64,000 bases of DNA from IMG/VR virus record IMGVR_UViG_3300025127_000012; one strand, written 5' to 3'. The stretch is from a virus. Of this stretch, positions 17,811 through 27,725 are shown piece by piece; the stretch's first letter is position 1; every line of letters begins with the position of its first letter. The position numbers and the translations under genes are program-made. The notes under the pieces were generated by a model. The model was not told the DNA's origin, ran no database searches, and saw nothing but the letters and a program-made list of their open reading frames with translations.

Positions 17811-19418
17811 TTAGATTTCTCCCTTTTTATAGTCCTTTTCAGACAAACTGGGTTCCTCGGGAGGTGGTTCTGGTGGTTGCATAGACATTTCCATCTGCGC
17901 TTTTTCCATTTGTTGCATCTCAACAGGAGAAACAACTAACCCATCAGCAATTTCTGCTGCCATTTGTTCATCCAGTTCCTTCATTTCGTTGTCAGTCTGA
18001 CGTAAAATGTTGCGTCTTAGGTACTCAACAGAGAAATATTTCCCCGCATAAGGATCCATTTGTTGCAACATAGCGAGACGTTCATTCATAACTTCCTTCT
18101 CTTTCATTTCAGAGAAGTAGTTATCCGCAATAAAGTTGTACTGAACGTGTTCCTTAATCTCATCCCACTCTTCTAAGGTGCAAACACCTTTAAGAACGCA
18201 TTGAGTTTTAAGGAGATCATTAAATAAATCACTGAACTTCTTACGAAGTCTGGTGACAAACTTCTGAAACTTCACCTCATCACGAGTGATCTCAGCGGAT
18301 CTACCAATGTTGAATGAGTTATCAGATTCTAAGCGTGACTCGGGTACGTTGAGTGATCGGTAGAGTTTCTTCTGGAAGTACTTGACGTCTTCAAGTTCTC
18401 CAAGATTTTGTCCACCTGGGAGAGTAGAGATTTCCGTGCCTCTTCCCCCTTCTCTTCGTGGTAACCAGAAGTCTTCGAGCATTGACATGAATTTCTTGTC
18501 ATCTCTTATTTCTCCTGTATCAGCGTTGTAAACAAGTTTGTTACGATAGCGGGACATCACCTCACGGAGGTATTGTTCTGCTTTTTGCTTAGGTAAATTA
18601 CCCACGTCAATATAGAATATCCTACGCTCGGGAGCGCGAGACAATCTATATATAACCAAACTATCCTCAATCATCCTAAGTTGATTGAGTGCCTTGATTG
18701 CTTTATGTAGATGTGAGAGAACATAGTTTCTCTGCATATCTAACTGACCTGAGTGACAATACGTTATTGCATCAGGTGCAATCTTGATTCCATTGTTCTC
18801 ATATCCTTTCAGACCTTTGGGTGAGTATATGTAATACTCAACAGAACGCGGAACAATAGAAGCGGTCTGTGGATCTATGGGTTGTAATCTATCTTTTGGT
18901 TTATCAAACTCTACAACTTTCTTAATCTTTCTAGGATCAATGTATCTAAGTTCCGTAATACCATTCTTAGGATTCTTAGTATCGATCATCTTATGATAGA
19001 ATAATCTACCATCTATGTACCAACGTCTGAATATATCGTATGCTTTTCTGTCGAAATCTAAAAGAACAAGGACGTTATCAAACTCTTCCTTGATTCTTGA
19101 TTTTAAGTTTGCTGATCCACGGAGGTTTTGAAGATCAATATCTACTGGATGATCGTTCAAGTCCCCTGCTATCGCTTCATTAACAACATCATTGATCGCT
19201 GCATCTGCCTCTGGGTGTAGAGACATTTCTCTATAACGACCAATTAAATCTGCTTCGCTTGCCTTATTAGCAGCGTCGCCCATTTCAACGTACTGTCCGA
19301 AATACCCACCCGCTACTATCGGTTGCGCTGCGTCATCAGATTCTTTACGCACGAAAGAAGGGGTAGTTGCTTGCCCCTTCTTCTTGCGATCAAGAGAATA
19401 ACCAAATAAATTTGACAT
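17811..19418 (-). CDS. g20: Portal protein gp20
   Basis: RRWYIDGR, ELRYIDPRKI, YRLSRAPERRIFYIDVGNLPK, EDFWLPRREGGRGTEI. Confidence 0.98.
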   Translation of the reverse strand: MSNLFGYSLDRKKKGQATTPSFVRKESDDAAQPIVAGGYFGQYVEMGDAANKASEADLIGRYREMSLHPEADAAINDVVNEAIAGDLNDHPVDIDLQNLRGSANLKSRIKEEFDNVLVLLDFDRKAYDIFRRWYIDGRLFYHKMIDTKNPKNGITELRYIDPRKIKKVVEFDKPKDRLQPIDPQTASIVPRSVEYYIYSPKGLKGYENNGIKIAPDAITYCHSGQLDMQRNYVLSHLHKAIKALNQLRMIEDSLVIYRLSRAPERRIFYIDVGNLPKQKAEQYLREVMSRYRNKLVYNADTGEIRDDKKFMSMLEDFWLPRREGGRGTEISTLPGGQNLGELEDVKYFQKKLYRSLNVPESRLESDNSFNIGRSAEITRDEVKFQKFVTRLRKKFSDLFNDLLKTQCVLKGVCTLEEWDEIKEHVQYNFIADNYFSEMKEKEVMNERLAMLQQMDPYAGKYFSVEYLRRNILRQTDNEMKELDEQMAAEIADGLVVSPVEMQQMEKAQMEMSMQPPEPPPEEPSLSEKDYKKGEI

Positions 19419-19448
19419 TATCGGATCTTACTTTAATTACTTCATTAT

Positions 19449-19456
19449 TATTTAGA
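19449..19456 (-). promoter_or_regulatory. Late promoter variant (g20)
   Basis: TCTAAATA; the same variant occurs before the gp67-like gene and g18. Confidence 0.6.
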
Positions 19457-19463
19457 CAAGTTT

Positions 19464-20063
19464 CTAGGTGCCCCTTCCAGACTTAGAAACCTCTACTGCG
19501 TTGTAAACGTCTTTCTTGTCACCGAATGGTTCCCAGTATTGGACTGCAAACTCAACTGTGTATTCCTCAGCAGCGTCATTACTATCCCATGCTAAGTCAA
19601 TAGCGGAGATATTTACAGGATAGATTCCTTCAAATTTGTATGATTTGATGTCTCCACCTGATCTTGACAACTGTCTTACAACAGCACTTGTTTGATACTG
19701 TGTTGCATTGTCAAAGAAAGATCTGTTCTCAGCAAGTTTACTGATTTTGTCTGACCATTCTTCAAAAGCGTTTCTTAACTTGAACCCTTCGTCGTTGATA
19801 ACAGTAACAGTCCATGGTTCAAATGTTCTGTCTCCTGCAATCTTCAAGACTCTTCCTCTGTATGGAACTTCAACTGTACCAACAGTAGATGCTGGTAAGT
19901 TTGCTCCTTTAACTAGGAAGGTACCAAATTCTGCTAGTGCAGATGGAGAAGCGGGTGCTAATCCAACTGGGAAATCTAGTTCAACTTGGAATTGATTGGG
20001 GCGGGCAACTTCTCTAACCGAGTTACGGAATGAGATAATGTCCTTTGTTACTTCTAATGCCAT
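19464..20063 (-). CDS. g19: Tail tube protein gp19
   Basis: ARPNQF.V, LPAST.G.VEVPYRGRVLKIAGDRTFEPWTVTVIND. Confidence 0.96.
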   Translation of the reverse strand: MALEVTKDIISFRNSVREVARPNQFQVELDFPVGLAPASPSALAEFGTFLVKGANLPASTVGTVEVPYRGRVLKIAGDRTFEPWTVTVINDEGFKLRNAFEEWSDKISKLAENRSFFDNATQYQTSAVVRQLSRSGGDIKSYKFEGIYPVNISAIDLAWDSNDAAEEYTVEFAVQYWEPFGDKKDVYNAVEVSKSGRGT

Positions 20064-20097
20064 TAGTTTTACCTATTGTTTTTGTGGTGAATAATAA

Positions 20098-22905
20098 TTA
20101 CTGTGTTACCTCAGCAAAGGTTGCCCCTGTTCTGGTTGCAGTAAATGTAAGTGTGATGAAGTTAATCGACCTTGTTGGTTTAACAAAGATTTCAGCAAAG
20201 AACTCACCACGGTCCTGTGCTTCGGGAGGGTTGTTGCTTAGATCGCAAACAACTAGGTAATCTACAATACCTCTTGCGGATTGAACTCCTCTTAGGTATG
20301 GATCAACTAAGTTTTTGAATCCCTTACGAGTAAACTCATCGTTAATTTCAAAGAGTTGACCCTTAGCAGATGTTGAGATTGCTCTCTCGATCACTAAGAA
20401 TAAGCGTCTAACATTGATTCTATCAAATGCTGATGCTCCTGCTAGTGCAGTCTTATCTCCGTAAAGTATATTTCCTTCACCAGGGAATGATACGATAGGG
20501 TTGATTCTTGAACCATATAAACGATCTCTATGATCTTTTAATGGTGAGTATGCTAACTTAACTGCGTTCAATAGTTGTCCTCTGTTGAATCCAGCAGGAG
20601 AGAACCATGGTTCTGAGTTAAGTGCGGTGCTTAGTGTTAGACCAGCAACGTCAGCGTTACATGGAAGATAACGATACTTGTCGTTATACTTATCATACAT
20701 GTACTTGTAGTTGTTATCGAACACTGCGTATGATGTAGAAGATAATTGATCGAAGAATTCGATTGTATTTTCTACGATTGTGTTTGTATTAGGTACACCG
20801 ATAACAGAGTACTTAGGAGGTGAGATGAATGCGATGCAGTCCTTACGGATGTTTGCAACGTCAATCAACTTCTGTGCCTTAGCAAGTGAGTCTGCCTCAT
20901 TGCTCATGCCTGGACCACCTATGATGTAGTCTATTTCTTCTGTCTCAGGGTCTGAGAATAAATCGTATGCGTCAAACAACTTGTCTCTTTCTGCTGAGTA
21001 ACCATCAACTCCACCTTTCAAGGAGTATTTGATAGTTGCAGTTCCCTTAGTGAACATGACTGGTACTGCACCAGCAGTTGTTCCAGTAGGATCATCAATG
21101 TCAGAGATAGCAGATGTGTTCTTAAAGATGTCGAACTGTCTGTTTGTAGCAGTTGTTCCGATATCACCAGTAGCAGTACTATCAAGATCTTGTACAAGTG
21201 ATAGTTCGTGTGAACCCCACCAGATATACTCTGAGGAAGTCTTGATTACATCTTTGTAGTAGATGTTTGTTCCTTGTGGTGACTTAGCATCAGATGCCTT
21301 AGACACATTGAGGAACTTTTCAAGAACTGTTCCTGGTACACCAGTGATTCCTCCGTCTCCATCTAATACAAGGATGTGCATTAGGTCACGGAATCCGTTC
21401 TTGTCTGTTGCGTATGCGGAAGTGCCAGGTCTGTCTGCGATAGATGACCACTTAGCGTTCTTACCATATACACGAGTTGCGTACTCAGATGCGATAGAAA
21501 CAATGTTTACGTCGCGTCCTGCTGTTGTTACACCGTCAGCAGCGTATGTTGAACCTTCTTTAATGACTTGGTTAGCAATGAAGTTTGTTGCTCCCTTGTC
21601 CATAATAACAGATAGTCTTCTGTTAATTGCAGCAATCTTACCGCTATCGCCAGTTGCAGCACCAGGTGATCCGCCACTATTTGATAGTTCAGTAACTGTG
21701 TCTCCAACTTCTAGGTAATCAGATGATGTTGTATCAACTGTAATCTCAACCTTTCTGGATACTGGATCGTATGATACGACATTACCAGTTACGTTACCAG
21801 ATACAGCAGTGAAGAAGTTACCACCATCGAAAGAACCTACTAGGGATGCTCCCTGTTCAAAGGTAATTTCTAGGACGTAACTATAAATCTGTGAGTAAGA
21901 TGAAGTTGCTGAAATGTTAACCTTCTTGCCTGCCTCTAACTTATGCTCAGGGTTACCTGTTGTTGGACCTGCAAGGTATAGGATTTGGTCTGGACCAGCG
22001 TCAGTCATTACGACTCTAATGCTGTTTCCGTATGTTCCAGGTGTTTTTCCTGCCCACTTCCAGTTATTAGAAGCAGTCTCGACTGTTGCTTCGTACTCAT
22101 CAAAGTTCTTAATCAATGGAGGAGTAACACCACTTGTGGTTGTCTCATTGATTGTTGTCTTGTTAGTAGTAACAGTTAATAGTGTTACAGTAACACCGTC
22201 AGTGTGTGATGATGCAGCAGTTCCGAGTTGGGCACGAGTCACAGTCAAGTCGTTGGTACTGATACCAGTAACTTGCATAATTTCATCAGTGATTCTGATG
22301 TAACTGTTGATCTGTACACCTAATGTAGATGCGTTAGTAACAGTTAGAGTTGTATCACTATCAGAGAAGGTACCACCCTCATTAATAGTTGTGGTAGTTC
22401 CTGCTGCCTCGATCAACATGATCTGAGAAGATGCAGCGTGTGATACCGCAGATGTATTAAGTTGTCCACGAGACACAGCAATGTCCAATCCAGAGATTCC
22501 TGTGATTGAGACGATTTCTGAGTCGATCTTTAAAAGATCTCCTGTGTCAAAGTCTGTTGCCTCAGCGACTGTTAGTGTAGTGTCTGTTGCTGAGAATGTT
22601 GTATCGGTTACAGTAGTAGTGTCAATACTGTTCTTTAATGATGTGCTTGTTGCACGAACTACTTTTACTGATCCACCGTACAACATAAATTGTGCAGCAG
22701 AGAACCAATACTCGTAATTACTGTCGTTTGGTTTACCAAACTCTTCAACCAGTTGTCTCTCGGATGAGATAGTTCTAACCTCATCTACTGGTCCCTTTTC
22801 AAAAGTTCCAACTACCGCTGCTATGTTATCAACAGTAGCGTTTACGGTATTAGTTAGATCTCTTTCTAGGACGACAACACCTGGGGAAATTTGTGTGGAT
22901 GCCAT
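20098..22905 (-). CDS. g18: Tail sheath protein gp18 (935 aa, with inserted domains)
   Basis: SPGVVVLERDLT, F.KGPVDE, PWFSPAGFNRG, FDRINVRRLF, KPTRSINFITLTF. Confidence 0.97.
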   Translation of the reverse strand: MASTQISPGVVVLERDLTNTVNATVDNIAAVVGTFEKGPVDEVRTISSERQLVEEFGKPNDSNYEYWFSAAQFMLYGGSVKVVRATSTSLKNSIDTTTVTDTTFSATDTTLTVAEATDFDTGDLLKIDSEIVSITGISGLDIAVSRGQLNTSAVSHAASSQIMLIEAAGTTTTINEGGTFSDSDTTLTVTNASTLGVQINSYIRITDEIMQVTGISTNDLTVTRAQLGTAASSHTDGVTVTLLTVTTNKTTINETTTSGVTPPLIKNFDEYEATVETASNNWKWAGKTPGTYGNSIRVVMTDAGPDQILYLAGPTTGNPEHKLEAGKKVNISATSSYSQIYSYVLEITFEQGASLVGSFDGGNFFTAVSGNVTGNVVSYDPVSRKVEITVDTTSSDYLEVGDTVTELSNSGGSPGAATGDSGKIAAINRRLSVIMDKGATNFIANQVIKEGSTYAADGVTTAGRDVNIVSIASEYATRVYGKNAKWSSIADRPGTSAYATDKNGFRDLMHILVLDGDGGITGVPGTVLEKFLNVSKASDAKSPQGTNIYYKDVIKTSSEYIWWGSHELSLVQDLDSTATGDIGTTATNRQFDIFKNTSAISDIDDPTGTTAGAVPVMFTKGTATIKYSLKGGVDGYSAERDKLFDAYDLFSDPETEEIDYIIGGPGMSNEADSLAKAQKLIDVANIRKDCIAFISPPKYSVIGVPNTNTIVENTIEFFDQLSSTSYAVFDNNYKYMYDKYNDKYRYLPCNADVAGLTLSTALNSEPWFSPAGFNRGQLLNAVKLAYSPLKDHRDRLYGSRINPIVSFPGEGNILYGDKTALAGASAFDRINVRRLFLVIERAISTSAKGQLFEINDEFTRKGFKNLVDPYLRGVQSARGIVDYLVVCDLSNNPPEAQDRGEFFAEIFVKPTRSINFITLTFTATRTGATFAEVTQ

Positions 22906-22948
22906 CTGGGTATACTCCTCGGATAAATTTCAATTCGGATGCTACTAA

Positions 22949-22988
22949 TATTTAGAAAAACGTATGTTTCCAGTGGGGAAACAAGACG
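22949..22988 (-). terminator. Terminator hairpin abutting the g18 late promoter
   Basis: TGTTTCC-CCACT-GGAAACA stem, then TTTTT, running into TCTAAATA (22949-22956). Confidence 0.6.
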
Positions 22989-22994
22989 TGAACA

Positions 22995-23225
22995 TCACCA
23001 GTCAGGGTAGGAGTAGGTAGTTATATCAACACTTTTACGTCTTTTCTTAATTCTTATCTTTGTACATGATTTACATTCATACGAAAAAGCAGAGGGCATA
23101 GCACCTCTGTCTTTTCTAGTCTTATAATAGTCAGTCAATAGATCTTTCTCTACCCCACATGTCTTACAGACACGTTGTTTTAGGATAAGATGTTCTAATT
23201 CTAGGAAGTCTCCTTCGAGGTCCAT
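22995..23225 (-). CDS. Small CxxC...CxxC zinc-binding protein (76 aa)
   Basis: RVCKTCGVEKDL...YECKSC. Confidence 0.7.
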   Translation of the reverse strand: MDLEGDFLELEHLILKQRVCKTCGVEKDLLTDYYKTRKDRGAMPSAFSYECKSCTKIRIKKRRKSVDITTYSYPDW

Positions 23226-23338
23226 TCTCTTATATCATCGTGTAACCGTTCAGTAGGATTCTTCTGTGCAGGATACTCTGATATGAGTTTCTTGCCACTC
23301 TTTTTAAACTCTTCTGACTTGTCTACTTTTACTACCAT
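23201..23338 (-). CDS. Hypothetical protein (45 aa) MVVKVDKSEEFKKSGKKLISEYPAQKNPTERLHDDIREWTSKETS
   Basis: TAATG coupling to the upstream gene; fills the intergenic gap. Confidence 0.5.
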   Translation of the reverse strand: MVVKVDKSEEFKKSGKKLISEYPAQKNPTERLHDDIREWTSKETS

Positions 23339-23625
23339 TAGATTCCGTTCCAAAATGTATCTGAGGGTGTTTGCATATTACGAGATATAATATATAAACC
23401 TATGTTACATAGGAACCAGAAAGCATTTGTTATCCATGCTTGTCTCCAACAGTATTTACGGTTGGTCTGTACTATATAGAGATTCCTTTCATTTATTTCG
23501 TCAAAGGGTGATAATGGTTTTGCTCTAACAATCTGTTCTAGTATCAAAGATACCACGAACCCTATCGCAAAAACATAGAAGAGAAGGTTTAGAAACCCAG
23601 CACTAGCAAAAAGAAAAGTAATCAT
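23338..23625 (-). CDS. Hypothetical membrane protein (2 TM)
   Basis: ATGA overlap with the g17 stop; two hydrophobic segments. Confidence 0.65.
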   Translation of the reverse strand: MITFLFASAGFLNLLFYVFAIGFVVSLILEQIVRAKPLSPFDEINERNLYIVQTNRKYCWRQAWITNAFWFLCNIGLYIISRNMQTPSDTFWNGI

Positions 23626-25271
23626 TTGTAATCCCACATGTAAGACATATCGCCATACTCATCAGTATGCCATACTTGACCCTCATTGTCAATGATGGTT
23701 TCCTCCTCTAATCCGTCACTAACAAATCCAAAAGGTGCCATGTCTGCTTCTATCTGATCTTTCTGCTCCTGATACATTCTCATTCTGACGTCATTGTCAT
23801 GTAGTTCACGGAAATAATCTGATGTTGCTAACCATGAGAACATAACCAGACACATAGCAAGGTCATCATTACAACCCTCTTCTGCTTCCCATGCCTGACC
23901 TCTCTGTATGAATGTAGTCAGTTCTGCAATGATGTCGTAGTCAGATATCAGTAACTTGTCATCTTCTATCAACTGTTTCATATTAGAACATCCTGTCTTC
24001 TTGACAGTTGTACTCATCTTGACTCCTAGTTGTACCTTAGTACCAGAGAACCCTTGTCCTACTACCTGTCCTGCACGTCCGCGCATAGATGCCATAAGGA
24101 TATTGTCATACTCCAAATCAAAGTGCAACATATCCGCAATCTGCCCACCAATATCATTTACCTCCACCAATACATACGCATGGTTATACGCACATGCAAC
24201 ATCATATATGGTATTAGGGAATAGCAGTGGTTTAATTGTGTTATTCCTATATTTTGCTACTACCTTATATGGTATTGTTGTCGTGTCTATGACACAGAAC
24301 GCACTATAATCTTTCGTCACACCCCTTGCTACGTCAACAGTTATACAATAATTCTTATCTTTTTCTGGTTTCTCATATACATCTAGTCCTTTATTCTTCT
24401 GTATAGGTTCATCATACACCATCATCCTTAACTTAGATGCGGAGATAAGAGTATCAACAGATCCCAGGAACTCACACTCAAACTCAACTCTAAACTGTTC
24501 CTCTGATGTGTTCGCTATGGTTTGCTCTTTCCATACTGCATCTCTACCTGGCACCTGTGACCAGTGTACCTCTGTGGTAACGTACTCGTTCTTCTTCCTC
24601 TCGGCATCATGCCAGAGTTTATAGAACATATTCATACCATGTGGTGTAGATATGATAATAACTTTTGTTGATTTACCAGAAGATATAGTAGGATACACAG
24701 AACTGAAAAACTGGTCAGCAATGTGATTCGGAATGAACGCGAATTCGTCCAGAAATATAATATTAAATGACATACCCCTGACAGCAGAAGCGGAAGTAGA
24801 AGCAGCCATGATTTTACTGCCGTTTTCAAGTTCCAGAGAACCTCTGTTCCACTGGTTGATTCCTTGTTGCATCCATTTTGGGAGGTTTTCATAACTTAAT
24901 TGTAGACGTTGTAGCATTTCCCTAGCAGTCGCTGCCTTGTTAGCAAGGATTGCTACGTTCACATTATCATTAAAGATTACATACCATAACAGATATGATG
25001 TAACAACAGTAGACTTACCAGACTGTCTAGGTAACTTAGCAATATTGAATCTATTATCATTAAACTTGTTTACCATGTCTTCTTGGAAGTCATACAAGTC
25101 AAATGGTATAAGACCTTTATCTAGTGAGACGATTCTAATATACTTCTTAATAAAATACACAGGGTCCTGAGAACATTTGACGAACTCTTTCACCTGTGAC
25201 GGAGTAAAACTCTGTGCAACGTTTGCTTTTTTTAAATTAGGGTTACCTAGATACTGATGTTCAGTCGCCAT
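23622..25271 (-). CDS. g17: Terminase large subunit gp17
   Basis: YLGNPNLK, LPRQSGKST, FLDEFAF, STPHG, DVARG..DYS, NDDLAM. Confidence 0.98.
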   Translation of the reverse strand: MATEHQYLGNPNLKKANVAQSFTPSQVKEFVKCSQDPVYFIKKYIRIVSLDKGLIPFDLYDFQEDMVNKFNDNRFNIAKLPRQSGKSTVVTSYLLWYVIFNDNVNVAILANKAATAREMLQRLQLSYENLPKWMQQGINQWNRGSLELENGSKIMAASTSASAVRGMSFNIIFLDEFAFIPNHIADQFFSSVYPTISSGKSTKVIIISTPHGMNMFYKLWHDAERKKNEYVTTEVHWSQVPGRDAVWKEQTIANTSEEQFRVEFECEFLGSVDTLISASKLRMMVYDEPIQKNKGLDVYEKPEKDKNYCITVDVARGVTKDYSAFCVIDTTTIPYKVVAKYRNNTIKPLLFPNTIYDVACAYNHAYVLVEVNDIGGQIADMLHFDLEYDNILMASMRGRAGQVVGQGFSGTKVQLGVKMSTTVKKTGCSNMKQLIEDDKLLISDYDIIAELTTFIQRGQAWEAEEGCNDDLAMCLVMFSWLATSDYFRELHDNDVRMRMYQEQKDQIEADMAPFGFVSDGLEEETIIDNEGQVWHTDEYGDMSYMWDYK

Positions 25272-25998
25272 TCATCCACCATTGCCAATTTCTATTAGGT
25301 ACATCAAATAGAGTATTGTTGATGTAATCATCTGCCCACTCAGGATCGAACCATTGTCCAAGGACTGCCTTGGTTTTCTTGTTCTGCCTTTGTTGCTTAC
25401 AATACCAGATTTGATCATCCATTCTCTTCATAGTATTTATCCAGTTCTTATCTCTCTCAGCACCATATACATGCTCAATGTAGATGTCTAAGTATCTACT
25501 AACTAACTCGACAAACATATTCTTCTCTTTGTTGTCTCGTATACGCATGAACTGTACATAGTCTGAAAATATATCTGCCCACTCTGGTAACTGTCTTCTT
25601 TCTTTAAACTTATATTGACTAGCGATTATATCTAAACCATAGTATATACTACTTGCATTATGTACAGGAGAGATATCACATATCGCAGCAGTAACTATCT
25701 TCGGTGTTGCAACTATATCAGCACCAAATATAGGTAAGGGGTATTCTGGATTAGGAAAGAACACACAGTGCATGACCTCAATGTTCTTTGTATATCCAGT
25801 TTCTAAATGTACTTTCCTTAGACCCTTACACCTATTCATTTCATTAATAATAAACACATCCTCATTTTCTACAATGGGATGTGGATTATCTAATGGTTTA
25901 AGTGCGGGTAAAGTTAATATTTTATGTCTAATTAATGAAGAGACTTCATGAACTAGATTCCCTGTCAATGTAGTTTTTGATGACTTCGAGTTGGTCAT
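25261..25998 (-). CDS. pcyA: Phycocyanobilin:ferredoxin oxidoreductase (ferredoxin-dependent bilin reductase)
   Basis: LRKVHLE, MHCVFFP.P.YPLPIFGADIV, AAICDISP, R.LPEWADIFS, YCKQQRQNKKT..VL; PcyA-type Glu/His/Asp catalytic positions are present. Confidence 0.88.
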   Translation of the reverse strand: MTNSKSSKTTLTGNLVHEVSSLIRHKILTLPALKPLDNPHPIVENEDVFIINEMNRCKGLRKVHLETGYTKNIEVMHCVFFPNPEYPLPIFGADIVATPKIVTAAICDISPVHNASSIYYGLDIIASQYKFKERRQLPEWADIFSDYVQFMRIRDNKEKNMFVELVSRYLDIYIEHVYGAERDKNWINTMKRMDDQIWYCKQQRQNKKTKAVLGQWFDPEWADDYINNTLFDVPNRNWQWWMNGD

Positions 25999-26173
25999 GG
26001 TATTTTGCCACCTGATCTAGTTCAACTTGAATTGCCTCCATGACATCAGAGTGTTCTCCAATGCCAGCAGGGTTCTCCAAATATATTTCAATGTTTGCTA
26101 GGTGTTTTTTAATGTCACCCATAGCATGCGCTTTAAGAGCGTTAAGAATTGTTTTTCTCATAGATGGTATCAT
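25946..26173 (-). CDS. Conserved hypothetical protein (75 aa)
   Basis: ANIEIYLENPAGIGEHSD motif; ATGA overlap. Confidence 0.75.
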   Translation of the reverse strand: MIPSMRKTILNALKAHAMGDIKKHLANIEIYLENPAGIGEHSDVMEAIQVELDQVAKYHDQLEVIKNYIDRESSS

Positions 26174-26631
26174 TCTATTAACGTTCCTTGACTTCTACGA
26201 ATCTCTTTAAGAGACTCAAAGTCTTTACGTTTGGTACCACCATCATAGCACCATGCGTACCCTTCGTCAATCATCTGTTCATTCAGCGACTTTTCCTCGT
26301 CACCCACATATAACCAACCAAGGAGACGACCATACTTACCAACCCCGCCTTTAAGTTCAGTTCGTATAGTAAGTTCATGTTCTCCATTAATCGTGTCCTC
26401 CAATGTTCCTTTCATCCAGTTAGTTGCATCTATACCTAGTTTCTTTTCTTCAAGGTCTCTCGTTCTTTTCTCAGGAGTATCGATACCCGCTATTCTTACA
26501 CGTTCGTGTTTGTAAATATCAAATCCTAAGTCTATTACTACATCAATGGTATCACCATCAACTACCTTTACTATCTCCGTCACTCGGAAGTTGTAACAAC
26601 TCTTCCTGCTTGGTGGTGTCATTGCTCCCAT
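26170..26631 (-). CDS. SNase/thermonuclease-family nuclease
   Basis: KVVDGDTID, RVRIAGIDTPE, GKYGRLLG, LNEQMIDEGYA. Confidence 0.9.
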   Translation of the reverse strand: MGAMTPPSRKSCYNFRVTEIVKVVDGDTIDVVIDLGFDIYKHERVRIAGIDTPEKRTRDLEEKKLGIDATNWMKGTLEDTINGEHELTIRTELKGGVGKYGRLLGWLYVGDEEKSLNEQMIDEGYAWCYDGGTKRKDFESLKEIRRSQGTLIE

Positions 26632-26734
26632 CGTTCATTTCCTCATAGGCATACTTCATTATATAGGCGATAAGAATCGTCACACTTATTACAAGTATGA
26701 GAACCATAATGTTAACTGAATGAACTACAACCAT
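26558..26734 (-). CDS. 58-aa single-TM protein (MVVVHSVNIMVLILVISVTILIAYIMKYAYEE...)
   Basis: TAATG coupling to the PTOX stop; overlaps the nuclease 5' end by 74 nt. Confidence 0.5.
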   Translation of the reverse strand: MVVVHSVNIMVLILVISVTILIAYIMKYAYEEMNDGSNDTTKQEELLQLPSDGDSKGS

Positions 26735-27234
26735 TAGATCATAGACATTGCGTGGTGTAATTCGTGTGCGTGTTTTAGTTCGTCTTCTGCTATCTCTGCT
26801 ATCTTCTGATCTTCTGGATGATATGCCAAATATTTTATATACGTCTCGAATGCATGCTTCTCTATCTTCATATTAATATCATAAGCAGCAAGAGGATTAA
26901 TAAGATAGTACCCAACCATGATCCAATAATATACAAGAACAAGGTGCTTTGCAAAAAACCTGTCAATCCAGTGTTCATCACCACCGCGCTTTTCCATTTC
27001 TTCAAGATGCTCTGTCTCATTTAGTGCCTGATAAAAGTGTTCCTTCATTAAGTATATGTGTTCTGGTCCTCTAAGTCCTAACGACTCACGGAAGTGTAGA
27101 ACAGATATAAAAGAGAAGTAGGGTGCTCTCGCAATAACTTCTAATACCCAGAATCTTTGGAAGTCTCTACCTCTGTAAAGAAAATCCAAGATGTAGATTG
27201 TGGTGTCTAGTACCCAAGTGTTAAATTGTTTCAT
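26734..27234 (-). CDS. ptox: Plastoquinol terminal oxidase (PTOX)
   Basis: RFWVLEVIARAPYF, NETEHL, IEKHAFETY, EDELKH di-iron ligands. Confidence 0.95.
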   Translation of the reverse strand: MKQFNTWVLDTTIYILDFLYRGRDFQRFWVLEVIARAPYFSFISVLHFRESLGLRGPEHIYLMKEHFYQALNETEHLEEMEKRGGDEHWIDRFFAKHLVLVYYWIMVGYYLINPLAAYDINMKIEKHAFETYIKYLAYHPEDQKIAEIAEDELKHAHELHHAMSMI

Positions 27235-27317
27235 ACCCAAGCATAACGTGAAAATAAAAGAGCAAGACTAACTGTTCCAAACAAAATACATGATGACCTG
27301 ATTGGTAAATCTTTCAT
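27231..27317 (-). CDS. 28-aa hydrophobic microprotein MKDLPIRSSCILFGTVSLALLFSRYAWV
   Basis: ATGA overlap with the PTOX start. Confidence 0.5.
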   Translation of the reverse strand: MKDLPIRSSCILFGTVSLALLFSRYAWV

Positions 27318-27358
27318 TTAACTTTATTAAACTACCTATATTATATAGGTAATTTTAC

Positions 27359-27724
27359 TTATCCGTGGTTCTGTAACTTCTCTAATTGTGTTGATGCCGA
27401 CATACTAGGTACGTCATATAAACCATTTGCATCAAACCATGGTGCGGTTTCCCAGTCAAACCCTTCTCCAAATGTATTATCTGCCTGCTGTACATACCAA
27501 TGACATTTTGCATCAGGTATATCTACTGCACAAACTGCCCAGTCATCTGTCCATTGTGGAACCTGTACATACAATACTGGTACATCAGCATATGCAATCT
27601 GTGTCATACCTAACATAAAGGCAAGTACGACTGACCATGTAAAAATTCTAGGGATGTGTCTAACCGACGGAGGGTGACCTTTTCCTCGGTACACCTCCAT
27701 CACATCGTGATAAGAGTAATTCAT
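27359..27724 (-). CDS. Hypothetical membrane/secreted protein (121 aa)
   Basis: Hydrophobic segment ending in AYA, then a Trp/Cys/Asp-rich domain. Confidence 0.7.
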   Translation of the reverse strand: MNYSYHDVMEVYRGKGHPPSVRHIPRIFTWSVVLAFMLGMTQIAYADVPVLYVQVPQWTDDWAVCAVDIPDAKCHWYVQQADNTFGEGFDWETAPWFDANGLYDVPSMSASTQLEKLQNHG

Positions 27725-27725
27725 A

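Noticed and set aside
11334-25271. Inteins or introns in uvsW, g23, g20 and g17
   Set aside because: Lengths and motif spacing are normal and the frames are uninterrupted
25261-25998. Calling the bilin reductase PebS or PcyX
   Set aside because: The HLE / HCVFFP / FGADIV residues fit PcyA best; a phylogeny would settle it
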